The notes under the pieces are model-generated. The model ran no database searches, was not told the DNA's origin, and saw nothing but the letters and a program-made list of their open reading frames with translations. The translations under genes and the position numbers were made by a program. 64,000 bases of DNA from Pseudomonadota bacterium (GTDB taxonomy: Bacteria > Campylobacterota > Campylobacteria > Campylobacterales > Sulfurimonadaceae), in NCBI GenBank assembly GCA_043797085.1, contig JAZDQA010000005.1:32001-96000 (forward strand), in the 5' to 3' direction. Positions 17,418 to 27,864 of this stretch are shown here, piece by piece. Positions within the stretch are counted from its first letter, which is position 1. Each line of letters opens with the position of its first letter.

Positions 17418-18626
17418 ATTTAACGAGAAAATAGGCAGCAGCATCGCGGTAACCATCACCCCGATAATACCTCCGATAATCAGCATAAGTGACGGTTCCA
17501 AAATCGAGAGGAAGAGAGTAATTTTATCTTTGTTCGTGTCGATGTAAAAGGCAGAAAGGTGCTCAAGCATCGAGGCGAGTTCACTCGTCTCTTCACCAAT
17601 TGCGACCGCTTCGATAAACGAATCATCGATTTTATATCCTGTCTCTTGTTTTAGAGCTTTTGAGAGAGAAGAACCCTCGACTACTTTTACCGAAGCTTTT
17701 TCAAAAAGTTCTTTTATGACTTCCGATGAGAGGGTGATGCAGGAGAGTTTGATGGTATTAACGACGGGTATCCCTGAGCGAATTAATAGGGAAGAGATAG
17801 TACAAAAACGTGCTAAATCACTGGTTTCGACCATTTTCCCGACAATCGGAAGCTTCAAAATAATCGCGTGAATACTTTTCTTAAATTCAGAATTGGTTGC
17901 CATTTGATACGAAAAGAAGCCTACCAGACTCAATACCACAATGGCTATTACAAACCAATACTGAGCAAAAAAATGGGCCATTGCTACGACAATTTGTGTT
18001 AAAAGCGGTAGAGCTTGACCGGTGGACTCGAAAATGGCGGTGATTTTTGGAACAACTACGGTGAGCATAAAAGAGATCATCAAAATCGACACCACTATGA
18101 TAAAAGAGGGGTATACCAATGCTTGTCCCAGTTGTTTTTTGATTTTTTCCTGAAGAATCAAATAGACGGAAAGCTCGTTTAAAACCTCGGCAAGAATACC
18201 TCGGTCTTCGGATATTTTGAGCGTTCCGGTATAAAAAACAGGCAAGGTATAGTGTTCTTGGGATTCAAGGGATTGGGCGAAACTTTTTCCTTCATTGATG
18301 AGGGTTATGATGGTTTCAAAAAAACGTTCCAATCGGACGGTCTTATGATTTTGGTGTTTGAGCAATGTGAGTGCGCGGATCAACGGGATACCGGCATTGA
18401 GATAGACAGCGAGATCACGACTTAAGGTGGCTAAGAGAGAAGTAGGGAGATTTTTTTGTTTAAAGAGTGCCAAAACACCAAAAAAAGATTCTTCACGCGT
18501 TGAGATGTCCGAATAGAGAATCCCTTGCACTTTTAGTTTTATTTTTGCTTCGTCTATCGTAGACGCTTCAATCGTTGATTTTAACGGATTTCCTGCAGCG
18601 TCCATCCCTTTGTAATGAAATTCCAT
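17409..18626 (-). CDS. gspF: Type II secretion inner-membrane platform protein F
   Basis: FHYKGMD, LNAGIPL, ALVYP, VVPKI, IGEETSEL, LEP, AMLLPIF. Confidence 0.93.
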   Translation of the reverse strand: MEFHYKGMDAAGNPLKSTIEASTIDEAKIKLKVQGILYSDISTREESFFGVLALFKQKNLPTSLLATLSRDLAVYLNAGIPLIRALTLLKHQNHKTVRLERFFETIITLINEGKSFAQSLESQEHYTLPVFYTGTLKISEDRGILAEVLNELSVYLILQEKIKKQLGQALVYPSFIIVVSILMISFMLTVVVPKITAIFESTGQALPLLTQIVVAMAHFFAQYWFVIAIVVLSLVGFFSYQMATNSEFKKSIHAIILKLPIVGKMVETSDLARFCTISSLLIRSGIPVVNTIKLSCITLSSEVIKELFEKASVKVVEGSSLSKALKQETGYKIDDSFIEAVAIGEETSELASMLEHLSAFYIDTNKDKITLFLSILEPSLMLIIGGIIGVMVTAMLLPIFSLNLG

Positions 18627-20140
18627 TATGCCTCTTTGACTCCCACACGGATGATCTCATCGAGACCAGTCGTGTGATCGAGCAATAATTCGATGAGTTG
18701 ATTGGATAGAAACTGCATTCCTCTGGATTTCATTATTTCTCGAAGTTCAAAATCATTGTCGCTAATTTTTAACAATGGACGCAAAGTATCATCAATCATG
18801 AAAAATTCACCGATAGCAACGCGTCCAGAATAGCCTGTATAATGGCAGTGAACGCACCCTTTTGGCTGTGCTATGATCTGTCCATGTACAATTCCAAGCT
18901 CGTCCGCATCTTTATCAGACAAGGTGACATTTTCTTTGCATTCAGGACACAGGCATCGAACGAGCCGTTGAGCTAAGACGCCTAAAAGAGTGGAAGTAAT
19001 CAAAAATTTATCGATTCCCATATCGGCTAATCGTGTTAGTGCCGCAGTGGCATTGTTGGTATGGAGCGTTGAGAGAACGAGGTGACCTGTCATTGCCGCT
19101 TGGATGGCAATGTGCGCCGTCTCAGTATCACGAATCTCACCAATCATAATAATATCAGGGTCTTGACGTAAAATGGAGCGCAGTCCTCCTGCAAAGGTTA
19201 GTCCTGCTTTGGTATTGACGGCGATTTGACTCACATGAGGTGCATCGTATTCCACTGGGTCTTCGATCGAGATGATGTTCTTTTCAGGGGAAGCCAACTG
19301 TTGTAAAAAAGAGTGCAGGGTGGTTGATTTACCGCTTCCCGTTGGTCCTGTGACTAAGATGATACCATGAGAGAATTTGAGAAGTTCTTCAAGATTTGAA
19401 GTGGTTGTTTCATTAAATCCCAATTCACGCAAAGAGGGAATCGAGGTTGCCTGCATTAAAAGCCGCAAAACTACCCGTTCACCGTGATAAGTGGGGAGGA
19501 CTGAAACACGAACATCGAGACTTTTACCGGCTACTTTGACTTGTGTTCGTCCGTCTTGAGGAAGGCGTTTTTCGGAAATATCCAAAGCAGAGATGACTTT
19601 GATACGACTGATGATGAGATCGATGATATTTTTGTCCAAATCAATATGTTTGATGAGTGCGCCATCGACTCGAAATCGTACTTCCCCTTTTTTTTCGTGC
19701 GTTTCGATGTGGATATCACTGGCTTTTCGTTTGATGGCTTGATAGAAGATGGTGTTGACAAATTTGATAATCGGGGCGGATTCTTCACTAGTCAGCAAAT
19801 CCGCCGAATTTTTGATGAAATCGACCAACGATAACTCTTCATCGATGAACTCATTGCTGCCGGAAACAGTTTTAGAAATATCAAGATCCGTTTTATGTTC
19901 CAAAAATTTCAAATAAAGATTTTCATATCCTGCATGGGAAAGATGCGCGATTGGATAGTTGAGAGAGAGTTTATTGTAAAGCTGAAGCGCTGCTAGATGC
20001 TGTGTTTCAGGGATAATAGCATAGAGCTCTCCATCATACGTACAAAATAAAAGTGAGTGACGAATGCACAAAGCAACATCAATATTTTCAGGATAAGTGA
20101 ACAAAATTTCTGTTTCATCCAAAAAAGGGAATGTTATCAT
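18626..20140 (-). CDS. gspE: Type II secretion ATPase E
   Basis: ASDIHIE, RFRVDG, EKRLPQDGR, GPTGSGKST, EDPVEY, LRQDPDIIMIGEIRD, STLHTN, CPEC...CVHC. Confidence 0.95.
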   Translation of the reverse strand: MITFPFLDETEILFTYPENIDVALCIRHSLLFCTYDGELYAIIPETQHLAALQLYNKLSLNYPIAHLSHAGYENLYLKFLEHKTDLDISKTVSGSNEFIDEELSLVDFIKNSADLLTSEESAPIIKFVNTIFYQAIKRKASDIHIETHEKKGEVRFRVDGALIKHIDLDKNIIDLIISRIKVISALDISEKRLPQDGRTQVKVAGKSLDVRVSVLPTYHGERVVLRLLMQATSIPSLRELGFNETTTSNLEELLKFSHGIILVTGPTGSGKSTTLHSFLQQLASPEKNIISIEDPVEYDAPHVSQIAVNTKAGLTFAGGLRSILRQDPDIIMIGEIRDTETAHIAIQAAMTGHLVLSTLHTNNATAALTRLADMGIDKFLITSTLLGVLAQRLVRCLCPECKENVTLSDKDADELGIVHGQIIAQPKGCVHCHYTGYSGRVAIGEFFMIDDTLRPLLKISDNDFELREIMKSRGMQFLSNQLIELLLDHTTGLDEIIRVGVKEA

Positions 20141-21738
20141 GGTTTGGCGTCTTTTTTGGCTTCGATGTTTTTCGTGATATTCGTAATGTAGCGATCTTGA
20201 ATCGCATCAAGCTCGGTTAATTGCGCTCGCAACGTATTTAAATCACCACTTTTCTCGATGATATAGGGAGTGAGGATAATAACTAGATTGATTTTATCGC
20301 GACTGGCAGCTTTGCTTTTAAAGAGATTTCCTAAAATAGGTATGTCTCCTAATAAGGGAACTTTACTGTTCGTTTCATCGATTTTTTCTCGAATAAGTCC
20401 CCCGATAATGACACTTTCTCCATTATTGACGATGGCAGAAGTGAGGACTTCTCGTTTTGTAGTACTGGGGCGACCACTATCTGAACCGGATTCGATATCT
20501 TCGAGTTTTGCGGTTACTCCCAAAAGTACTTTATTATCATTGGAGAGACGCGGCTTGATTTTGAGGGTCAGACCTATGTCTAGACGGGTGAAATTTTCTT
20601 GAGATAATAGACCATTTATTGTCGTTCCTGCACTAATGGACTGGGTTTTTCCGACATAGATGCTAGACTCTTGGTTATCAATACACAAAATAGAGGGCTC
20701 CGATAGTATATCCGCTGCTCCGTTAGAGTTGAGCAAAGCAATATTCGCTCCCAATGCAATTCCCGCAGAAATTGTTATTGGATTAAATTTAGCAATACTT
20801 GCTATAGTTGAATCCAATGATACTGCATTCGTTAATCCGTCTCCAAGTTGTGAATCAAAAGTAAATATTCCATTTGATCCTACTCTCCCCCCCGATAGCC
20901 CGTATTTTATACCAACCTCTTGAGATTTATTTTCACTGATTTCAATAATTTTTGCGCGTACATAGACTTGCTGCCGATCGTGATCTAAACTTAGTATCGT
21001 TGCTTCCAGACTTTTAAAGAGTTCATCGCTGGTTATGACGATCAGTGAATTGGTACTATCATCACTGGCAATACTGGGTGGTTGCTGACCGGGCATCAAG
21101 GTCATTTTCCCCAAAATCGTATTGAGTGTTGTCACAATCGATTTCGCATCGGCATTTTTCAAAGGGATGACGTGGGTCGTATTTGCGAGGGTCTCATCTT
21201 TCGTGTCTAATATTTTCATCGCCTTTTTGATGGTGGCAATATTGTCGGGGAAGTCGGTGACGATGACGGAATTGGACTCTTTGGATGCGGTGATTTTTCC
21301 ATTCTTACTCGTAAAATGTTTGATCTTTGTCCCCATGTTCTCAGCGGAAGAAAAATGAAATGTAAAAATATGCGTTTGCATTTGAGCAATGTCACTTTTT
21401 TCCATAAACGGGAGATTCATTTGCGTTGCATCAACGGTTTTGACCACGCTTAAATACCCGCCGCCTGTGTCAACCAGAGTGTATCCCCTCGCATCGAGGG
21501 TGCTTTGCAGTATTCCAAAAAGATCTTTTTTATTGATGGGTCTGTTACCGGCATAGCTAATCGTTCCGGGAATCTCTTCACCGATAAAAATGTTCTTATG
21601 GGTTGTAGCCGCAACCAGCTTAATCAAATCGGTCATTCCCATCCCATCGATCGCAAGGGAAACTTTTTCATTAGCAGCTGCACCTAAAAGAGTTGCGAGT
21701 GTCATTGATAAGAGAAAAATTTTAGCGGGTGATTTCAT
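20137..21738 (-). CDS. gspD: Type II secretion secretin D
   Basis: QQVYVRAKIIE, DNQESSIYVG, DIGLTLKIKP, IIGGLI, KVPLLGDIPILGNLF. Start moved to ATG 21738 (MKSPAKIF, signal peptide, AAGGA RBS). Confidence 0.92.
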   Translation of the reverse strand: MKSPAKIFLLSMTLATLLGAAANEKVSLAIDGMGMTDLIKLVAATTHKNIFIGEEIPGTISYAGNRPINKKDLFGILQSTLDARGYTLVDTGGGYLSVVKTVDATQMNLPFMEKSDIAQMQTHIFTFHFSSAENMGTKIKHFTSKNGKITASKESNSVIVTDFPDNIATIKKAMKILDTKDETLANTTHVIPLKNADAKSIVTTLNTILGKMTLMPGQQPPSIASDDSTNSLIVITSDELFKSLEATILSLDHDRQQVYVRAKIIEISENKSQEVGIKYGLSGGRVGSNGIFTFDSQLGDGLTNAVSLDSTIASIAKFNPITISAGIALGANIALLNSNGAADILSEPSILCIDNQESSIYVGKTQSISAGTTINGLLSQENFTRLDIGLTLKIKPRLSNDNKVLLGVTAKLEDIESGSDSGRPSTTKREVLTSAIVNNGESVIIGGLIREKIDETNSKVPLLGDIPILGNLFKSKAASRDKINLVIILTPYIIEKSGDLNTLRAQLTELDAIQDRYITNITKNIEAKKDAKP

Positions 21739-22549
21739 AGACGAGTTCCTTTTGGAGGTTATTACGGTTGACGGTGATACGAAGACTTCGAAGATTGGGA
21801 ACTTGAGCGTAAACGGCGAATGCGTCTGCATACGATTCAAGTTTTTTATTATTGACTGAGAGGATAATATCTCCATTTAGAATACCAAGCTGCCCAAATA
21901 TAGATTCCGGTGCAATCGTATTGACGCGAAATCCAGAAATTTTTGCTCCATTGGCAACGGCTGAAATATCAATGGATTTGCCAATATTCTGCAAATCACC
22001 CATCTGACTTTTAATGGTTTGGTACGCGATAGTACGCGATTCATCCTCTTGCACTCCCGCTTGTGCCAAATCGGCTACCGATTCGGTTACGACTTCTCTG
22101 CGTGCGAGCATATCATCATGTCCCAGTCGCAGGCGATACGTCTTGCCATATCCGCGAAAGGTTGCTGTCGAATTAGTCAGTGCGGTGAGACGAAATACAT
22201 TTTTATAGATTCCGCCCAAAGGGACAATGAGCGTCGTATTTGCATCGCTGATGCTGACAAAAGAGTCTGAAGCGGAGCGATAAATTGCTTTAATTCTGTG
22301 CGGTGCAGGGACAAGTTTAGTCGCGGTGATGCTTTTAGTATGTATCGCACCGCCGAAATGTTCTGCAATACCAAATTTTTGACCAAAATGAAAAATCTCA
22401 AAAAAAGGATCAAAGCGAGAGGTAAACCCCTGTGTCGGAGAGTCTGATAAAAAGGCTCCTCCCAGTGTTGACAAACTCCAAACCACTACCAGCGGAGCAG
22501 CCAAAAGATTGAATCGTTGAAGTGCGGATTCATTAAAAATTGCTTTCAT
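21722..22549 (-). CDS. Type II secretion protein C-like (TM + PDZ)
   Basis: N-terminal TM, C-terminal PDZ (GFRV...SIFGQLGILNGDIILSVN); immediately upstream of the secretin. Confidence 0.78.
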   Translation of the reverse strand: MKAIFNESALQRFNLLAAPLVVVWSLSTLGGAFLSDSPTQGFTSRFDPFFEIFHFGQKFGIAEHFGGAIHTKSITATKLVPAPHRIKAIYRSASDSFVSISDANTTLIVPLGGIYKNVFRLTALTNSTATFRGYGKTYRLRLGHDDMLARREVVTESVADLAQAGVQEDESRTIAYQTIKSQMGDLQNIGKSIDISAVANGAKISGFRVNTIAPESIFGQLGILNGDIILSVNNKKLESYADAFAVYAQVPNLRSLRITVNRNNLQKELVYEITR

Positions 22550-23045
22550 AGACCAATCCTTCCTTCGCTTGATGTAATTTATTCACAAGCAGTGGGTAAC
22601 GTCGAAGCTGTGGTGTTGGTTCAAAAACAACACGGATTTTCTGGTCAAGAAGATCAAAATCACCCTCGCACTGACCAAAATCACCCTCTCCATCAATGCT
22701 TACACTCAAAGGGTGAAGTAAAGAATAGGTGAAAACAATCGAGTCGATTTTACCGGGAAAAAAGTTTCGATACAGGGGAGAAAAATTAATGTTTGAGAGG
22801 CTCAGTTGATTGATAAAAAGCAACGGCGCGATTCGAATCGATTCAATCGAAGCAAATTCTTGGTTATCCAGTAAAACGTTTCCATTGAGGGCATCGAAAA
22901 AGAGAAAGCGGTTGGTGAGTTCTTCGTTATTGATGAATAAATGATGCTGGGAAAGTATTGATTCAAACGTGAAATATAGCTTTTCTTTTGGGATCATTAC
23001 GATGACAATGAGAAGAATATACAGAACGTATAAAGAGCGTTTCAT
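22533..23045 (-). CDS. T2SS accessory protein (GspN-like by position)
   Basis: N-terminal anchor ending in P, beta-rich body; overlaps both neighbours in the operon. Confidence 0.5.
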   Translation of the reverse strand: MKRSLYVLYILLIVIVMIPKEKLYFTFESILSQHHLFINNEELTNRFLFFDALNGNVLLDNQEFASIESIRIAPLLFINQLSLSNINFSPLYRNFFPGKIDSIVFTYSLLHPLSVSIDGEGDFGQCEGDFDLLDQKIRVVFEPTPQLRRYPLLVNKLHQAKEGLVYESNF

Positions 23046-23434
23046 GATTCAATCTCCACGAGAATTATCCCTTTTGATGCACTGTTGCGTCGGAGGGTTA
23101 ACTTTTTTATCACCAGCATAGAGTTAAGAATTTTGTTTGAAATACGATTGAATTCCAGCGATGAAAGGTTGTCGTATTCAAAATAGACATTACCACCTCG
23201 TTTTTCTTGTTTGATTAGGTTAGGATGATTTTTTAAATACTCAAACTCGTTGTGAGATTCTTGAGCACCCCAGCGTGTTTTTAAGATATCGATTGTTTTG
23301 GCTTGCTGTGTGAGCATTGCGTGTTCTTGTTGTAACTCTTTTGCGGCTGAATGTTGCCATAATGCACCCAGTGCAGTAACGACAACAAGCGCCAAGGTTA
23401 TCATCAAGGAGAGGGTAAGAATTTTTGGTTTCAT
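23042..23434 (-). CDS. T2SS assembly-platform protein (GspM-like by position)
   Basis: N-terminal TM, coiled coil, small C-terminal domain. Confidence 0.5.
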   Translation of the reverse strand: MKPKILTLSLMITLALVVVTALGALWQHSAAKELQQEHAMLTQQAKTIDILKTRWGAQESHNEFEYLKNHPNLIKQEKRGGNVYFEYDNLSSLEFNRISNKILNSMLVIKKLTLRRNSASKGIILVEIES

Positions 23435-24558
23435 TTTAATCGAACCTCTAGTTGAGTGTTACGGCTATTGATCTGTGCTTGCTTAAAGTGCTTGGTGATT
23501 TCATTTTTGAGTTTTTCAGCAGCGCTTGAATCGCGTGTATCGATGGTAAAATTGATAGTATTCCCATCGTAATGAAGCTCTTGTATCCCCTCACCGTGAA
23601 AGGAAATTATTTCTGCTGCTGATGAGTTATTTTCGACTAAAAGACGATTGGCTTCACCCGGTTTTGATCCCGGAATGAGGATAATTCCCTCCGGTGAGGA
23701 ACTGGGAGCAGTAGAGATTAGGGGCGCTGTAGGAGGAGGTGTAATGCTTTTAGCTTCTACTGGGAGATCGGAAACTTCTTTGCACACTTTTCGAACATGA
23801 AGCTGTTTGGTCTCTTTACTCTTTAATGTACTGAGAATAGCTTCCCGTTCAAGCGATGTTTCAGGGAGGTTTGAAGCCTTTAAAATTTCGGTCATTTTTT
23901 CACTGAGTTTGGTAGATTCTTGATAGCTAAACAGTGCTTGAGTACCCAAATTTCCCAAGAGTATGAGTAAAATAAAGAGCGTTGTTTTGAGCGTTTTTTG
24001 GGTAAGCGCTGCGGGGATAAATCCTTCTATGGAAACCGTTTTTAAAAAAGGTCTTGAGTGTGCCAATGCTTCATCTAACTCTACAAAAGAGGGCGCATTG
24101 ATATACGAGGCATCCAACTCAACGAGTATTCTCTCAATCGTGGTTAAATATTTTCCGTTTGGAAGATGGATGGGCTGAGGCTCTTGCGCAAATACCCATT
24201 GCGCAAACGTGACTTTTTGAATCAGTGAAAAGTGGGGAAGCGAAAGCAGTTTTTGGGATATTTCATCGGGATTGTAGGCGATTAAAATATAGTTATTTTC
24301 TTCTATTTTTTGCGCTTCATAACGATATTGATCGCTTAGATCAAACAATGCCGGAGCATATTTTACCGCTTCTTTTGCGCTCTTTGCATTCAAGTTTACG
24401 GCTAATGCCCAATAGTCGTTGGGTGAGAGGACTAAAACGGTTTCTTTAGAAATTGGTTCAAGACTTAGGGTATCGGCATAGACCAAAGGGGACAAATCAC
24501 AGAAAAAACGGCGAATAAATGGGTATTTAGTGCACAGCGATTCGATCAACTCCGTCAT
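23431..24558 (-). CDS. T2SS assembly-platform protein (GspL-like by position)
   Basis: Cytoplasmic N-domain, central TM, periplasmic domain with a Pro/Ser-rich insert; ATG 24558 lies just after the gspK stop. Confidence 0.55.
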   Translation of the reverse strand: MTELIESLCTKYPFIRRFFCDLSPLVYADTLSLEPISKETVLVLSPNDYWALAVNLNAKSAKEAVKYAPALFDLSDQYRYEAQKIEENNYILIAYNPDEISQKLLSLPHFSLIQKVTFAQWVFAQEPQPIHLPNGKYLTTIERILVELDASYINAPSFVELDEALAHSRPFLKTVSIEGFIPAALTQKTLKTTLFILLILLGNLGTQALFSYQESTKLSEKMTEILKASNLPETSLEREAILSTLKSKETKQLHVRKVCKEVSDLPVEAKSITPPPTAPLISTAPSSSPEGIILIPGSKPGEANRLLVENNSSAAEIISFHGEGIQELHYDGNTINFTIDTRDSSAAEKLKNEITKHFKQAQINSRNTQLEVRLK

Positions 24559-24559
24559 A

Positions 24560-25468
24560 TCAAAGAAATTCAACACGTTGTACTTTCTTATCTACAAGAT
24601 TATATTGAAATTTCATATGCTCTTCATGGCTGTTTTCAAAGAGGTGAACATCGCATACAAGATTGTAAGAAACACCTGCTTTGTAAATGAAAAAGTAGTT
24701 GTCAAAAACAGCACCAAGTGCAGGCTCTGCCGTAATAGCTTCTTCTTTCGTAACGTATGCCTTGGTGCGAAAAAGTGTAAGTGAACGGATTTTTTCAGAG
24801 GAAGTATTGGGCAGAATGAGAGAGAGAGTTTCGGCATTAATTGCATTAAAATCCATTTTCTCCCCTTCATATCCGATATATAGATTCCATGGTATTGATA
24901 AAACCGCCGTATCTTTTGTCAGCTCAATATAACGCGATAAGATGAGATTAAAATGAGATTCATTTGCAATCAAACCATTTTTAAAGTCGCTTTGCAATAC
25001 TCTAATTTCCGTATCCGTCCCGCGCTCTGCTGTATCAATATCGATTGTATCAAAAACGAGCTTAAGTAGCATGTCCGCATCCGCAATAGGATGCAAGGCA
25101 AACACCCGCATGAACAAGGCTAGATTCACCTCATTGACTTTTCCGTCAGAGCTCATCAAGTTATTAATATTAAACCGATTATACGGCGATGAGAGTTGTG
25201 CTTTGAGACTAAAATCACCTTTTTTATTTTCCAGCTGCAACGGCAGACGCATAGCTAAATCCAGTTCCTCAGCTCCGGTAATAGGACTAAGCAGTGATGG
25301 AAGCTGTTGCTCCAAATCATTAATGGCACGTAACGACGCACTTTGAAAAAATGCATTGTTCCCCAACCGTGACAATCGCTCGCTTTGCGTCAGCACTAAA
25401 GTAACGATACCCATCATAAGCGTTATCAATACCAAGGTCATCATCAAAACTATTCCGCGTTTTTTCAT
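24560..25468 (-). CDS. gspK: Type II secretion minor pseudopilin K
   Basis: MKKRG-IVLMMTL prepilin-like start, RFNINNL, MDFNAINAETL. Confidence 0.8.
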   Translation of the reverse strand: MKKRGIVLMMTLVLITLMMGIVTLVLTQSERLSRLGNNAFFQSASLRAINDLEQQLPSLLSPITGAEELDLAMRLPLQLENKKGDFSLKAQLSSPYNRFNINNLMSSDGKVNEVNLALFMRVFALHPIADADMLLKLVFDTIDIDTAERGTDTEIRVLQSDFKNGLIANESHFNLILSRYIELTKDTAVLSIPWNLYIGYEGEKMDFNAINAETLSLILPNTSSEKIRSLTLFRTKAYVTKEEAITAEPALGAVFDNYFFIYKAGVSYNLVCDVHLFENSHEEHMKFQYNLVDKKVQRVEFL

Positions 25469-25603
25469 ATCAGTTAAGTTGTCTTTTTTTTAATATTTTA
25501 AAAAGAAGTATAGCGTTCATACATGAACTTTTAATGAACAAATCCCTCTTTGAGAGGGAATAAGTGGACGTTGATGTTAAAATTGAGCAATACTAATATG
25601 GAT

Positions 25604-25659
25604 TGGTTACGTATTGATAATATTACAGTAATGGATTTGTAATCTATGCCCCCTACTAT
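25604..25659 (+). promoter_or_regulatory. Pho-box-like 11-bp tandem repeats and -10 element upstream of phoX
   Basis: gttac/ataat/gtaat/gtaat cores at 25606, 25617, 25628 and 25639; TACTAT at 25654, 10 bp after the last core. Confidence 0.5.
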
Positions 25660-25694
25660 TTTGCCGTTACGAAACACCTAAAAAGGGATGGATT

Positions 25695-27836
25695 ATGCTT
25701 AAAAAAGAGTTTGACATTGAATGTGATAGTGGAAGCGGTAATGATTCAGAAAACCAAAGTTTTGAGAATGTATTAGCGGAGCGTCTAAGCCGACGTGATG
25801 TTTTTAAATTGGGTGCCGGAATGATCGGAACAGCATTTTTCGGCTCATTTATGAGTGGATATGGAAATGATGATGATTCAACAACGTCAACTGCTGCTGC
25901 CACAGCACTTCTTGGATTTAATGTTGTCGCTAAAAATCTCAATGATACTGTAACTGTTCCATCGGGATATACAGCAAAGTCTATTTTTGCGACAGGAGAC
26001 CCAATCAAACTAGGTGTTAGTACTTATGCAAATGATGGAAGCAACACGGGTGACTTTGATGATCGTAGCGGTGATTGCCACGATGGAATGACCTATTTTG
26101 GTCTTAAATCAGACAACAGCGGCTACGATGCAACGAACTCTAAAAATGCCCTTCTCTGTATGAATTATGAATACATCAATCAAGATTATCTTCATACACC
26201 TGCAGAAGTAGCGGCAATCGTTCCTAGTGCCCGTGTAGCGGATCAAGTTGACAAAGAGATCGCTTCACACGGTGTTGGAGTGATTAAAGTAACAGATTCG
26301 GGTTCAGGATTTGCAGTAGATAAAAGCTCTAGCTACAATCGCCGTATCACTGGAGCCACTCCAATAGCGATCAACGGTCCCGCACGCGGAAACGTATTGG
26401 TTCAAACAGCCTATTCGACCGATGGAACCATGACACGCGGAACGCTTAATAACTGTGCTGTAGGATCAACTCCATGGGGAACGTTCCTCACGTGTGAAGA
26501 GAACTGGGCAGGATATTTTAAACGCGATACTCGCATCGGCAAAGAGGCGACCGCTATGAGCCGCTATGGCATCGGAACTAGTAGCCGTTATGGATGGGAA
26601 AGTGTTTATCCGCAATTTAGTGCAAGCATCACAGGTGCCGATGCAACTGCTGATTACCGTCATGTTGCTAATACTCAAGGATGGATCGTAGAGATAGATC
26701 CGTTCAGCCCATCATCAACGCCGATTAAACGTACCACAATGGGTCGTTTTGCCCATGAAACAGCTTCTTTGGCAAAAGTAACCGTCGGTAAACCTGTCAT
26801 ATTTTATATGGGAGACGATGCCAAAGGGGAATACATCTATAAATACGTCTCTACTCAAAATTGGGTAGCTTCTGATGCGACAGGCGGTCTGGCTGCCGGA
26901 AACAAATATCTCGATAGCGGAACCCTCTATGCTGCTAAATTCAACGCAGATGGAACAGGGACATGGCTTAAAGTCGATATCAGTGAAACGGTTATCGCCT
27001 CTTACGCAACGTATGCATTCAGTGATGCTGCCGATGTTGCTATTAATACCCGTCTTGCTGCGGATGCACTCGGTGCGACGAAAATGGACCGTCCTGAATG
27101 GTGTAGTGTTCATCCAACAACCGGAGAAGTTTACGTCACTTTGACGAATAACTCTGATCGTGCTAAATCAGGTAAATACGGTCTCGATGCCGCAAATCCA
27201 CGTTACTATACTGATACCTATGGTTCATCAACAACGAACAAAGGTAACGTAAACGGTCACATTATCCGATGGAAAGAAGCGAGTAACGATCCTGCCGCAA
27301 CAACCTTTACATGGGATATCTATCTCTTCGGTGCACAAGCGGATGCCAATGGAACCAATGTCAATATCTCAGGATTAACAAATGACAACGATTTCTCCAG
27401 TCCGGATGGATTATGGTTTAGTGATGTGACTAAAGGACTCCTTTGGGTACAAACCGATGATGGTGCTTATACCGATACTACAAACTGTATGATGCTCGCC
27501 GCTGTTCCGGGAAGTGTCGGTGATGGTAGCAGCCAGATCGTTACCAGTACGGCTGTTCCTACAAACGCAGCTGCAGATCAAGCCGTTACAACTTATGTCG
27601 GAAAAGACGCGACGGCAACAACACTTAAACGCTTTCTTGTTGGACCAAAATCGTGTGAGATTACCGGTATTGCAGAGACACCGGATGGTAAAACAATCTT
27701 CGTCAATATCCAACACCCGGGTGAAGATGGAACAGCAACAACTCCTACAAGTCACTGGCCTGATGGTGGAACTGCACGTCCGCGTTCAGGTACAATCGTT
27801 ATCACTAAAAATGATGGCGGAGTTGTCGGGTATTAA
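25695..27836 (+). CDS. phoX: PhoX-family alkaline phosphatase, Tat-exported
   Basis: SRRDVFK twin-arginine motif, HDGM, GTLNNC, TPWGTFLTCEEN, MGRFAHE, ATKMDRPEW, SPDGL, QTD, CEITG, FVNIQHPGE. Confidence 0.95.
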   Translation: MLKKEFDIECDSGSGNDSENQSFENVLAERLSRRDVFKLGAGMIGTAFFGSFMSGYGNDDDSTTSTAAATALLGFNVVAKNLNDTVTVPSGYTAKSIFATGDPIKLGVSTYANDGSNTGDFDDRSGDCHDGMTYFGLKSDNSGYDATNSKNALLCMNYEYINQDYLHTPAEVAAIVPSARVADQVDKEIASHGVGVIKVTDSGSGFAVDKSSSYNRRITGATPIAINGPARGNVLVQTAYSTDGTMTRGTLNNCAVGSTPWGTFLTCEENWAGYFKRDTRIGKEATAMSRYGIGTSSRYGWESVYPQFSASITGADATADYRHVANTQGWIVEIDPFSPSSTPIKRTTMGRFAHETASLAKVTVGKPVIFYMGDDAKGEYIYKYVSTQNWVASDATGGLAAGNKYLDSGTLYAAKFNADGTGTWLKVDISETVIASYATYAFSDAADVAINTRLAADALGATKMDRPEWCSVHPTTGEVYVTLTNNSDRAKSGKYGLDAANPRYYTDTYGSSTTNKGNVNGHIIRWKEASNDPAATTFTWDIYLFGAQADANGTNVNISGLTNDNDFSSPDGLWFSDVTKGLLWVQTDDGAYTDTTNCMMLAAVPGSVGDGSSQIVTSTAVPTNAAADQAVTTYVGKDATATTLKRFLVGPKSCEITGIAETPDGKTIFVNIQHPGEDGTATTPTSHWPDGGTARPRSGTIVITKNDGGVVGY

Positions 27837-27841
27837 TAATG

Positions 27842-27864
27842 TTCTCCCTTTTTAGGGAGAATTT
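27842..27864 (+). terminator. Hairpin downstream of phoX
   Basis: ttctccct-tttt-agggagaa perfect stem immediately after the stop. Confidence 0.65.

Noticed and set aside
17409..21738. Calling the cluster type IV pilus or Cts competence genes
   Set aside because: No PilT retraction ATPase or competence genes are in the window, and canonical GspG, GspK and PDZ-bearing GspC favour T2SS. Phylogeny is needed to exclude it fully.
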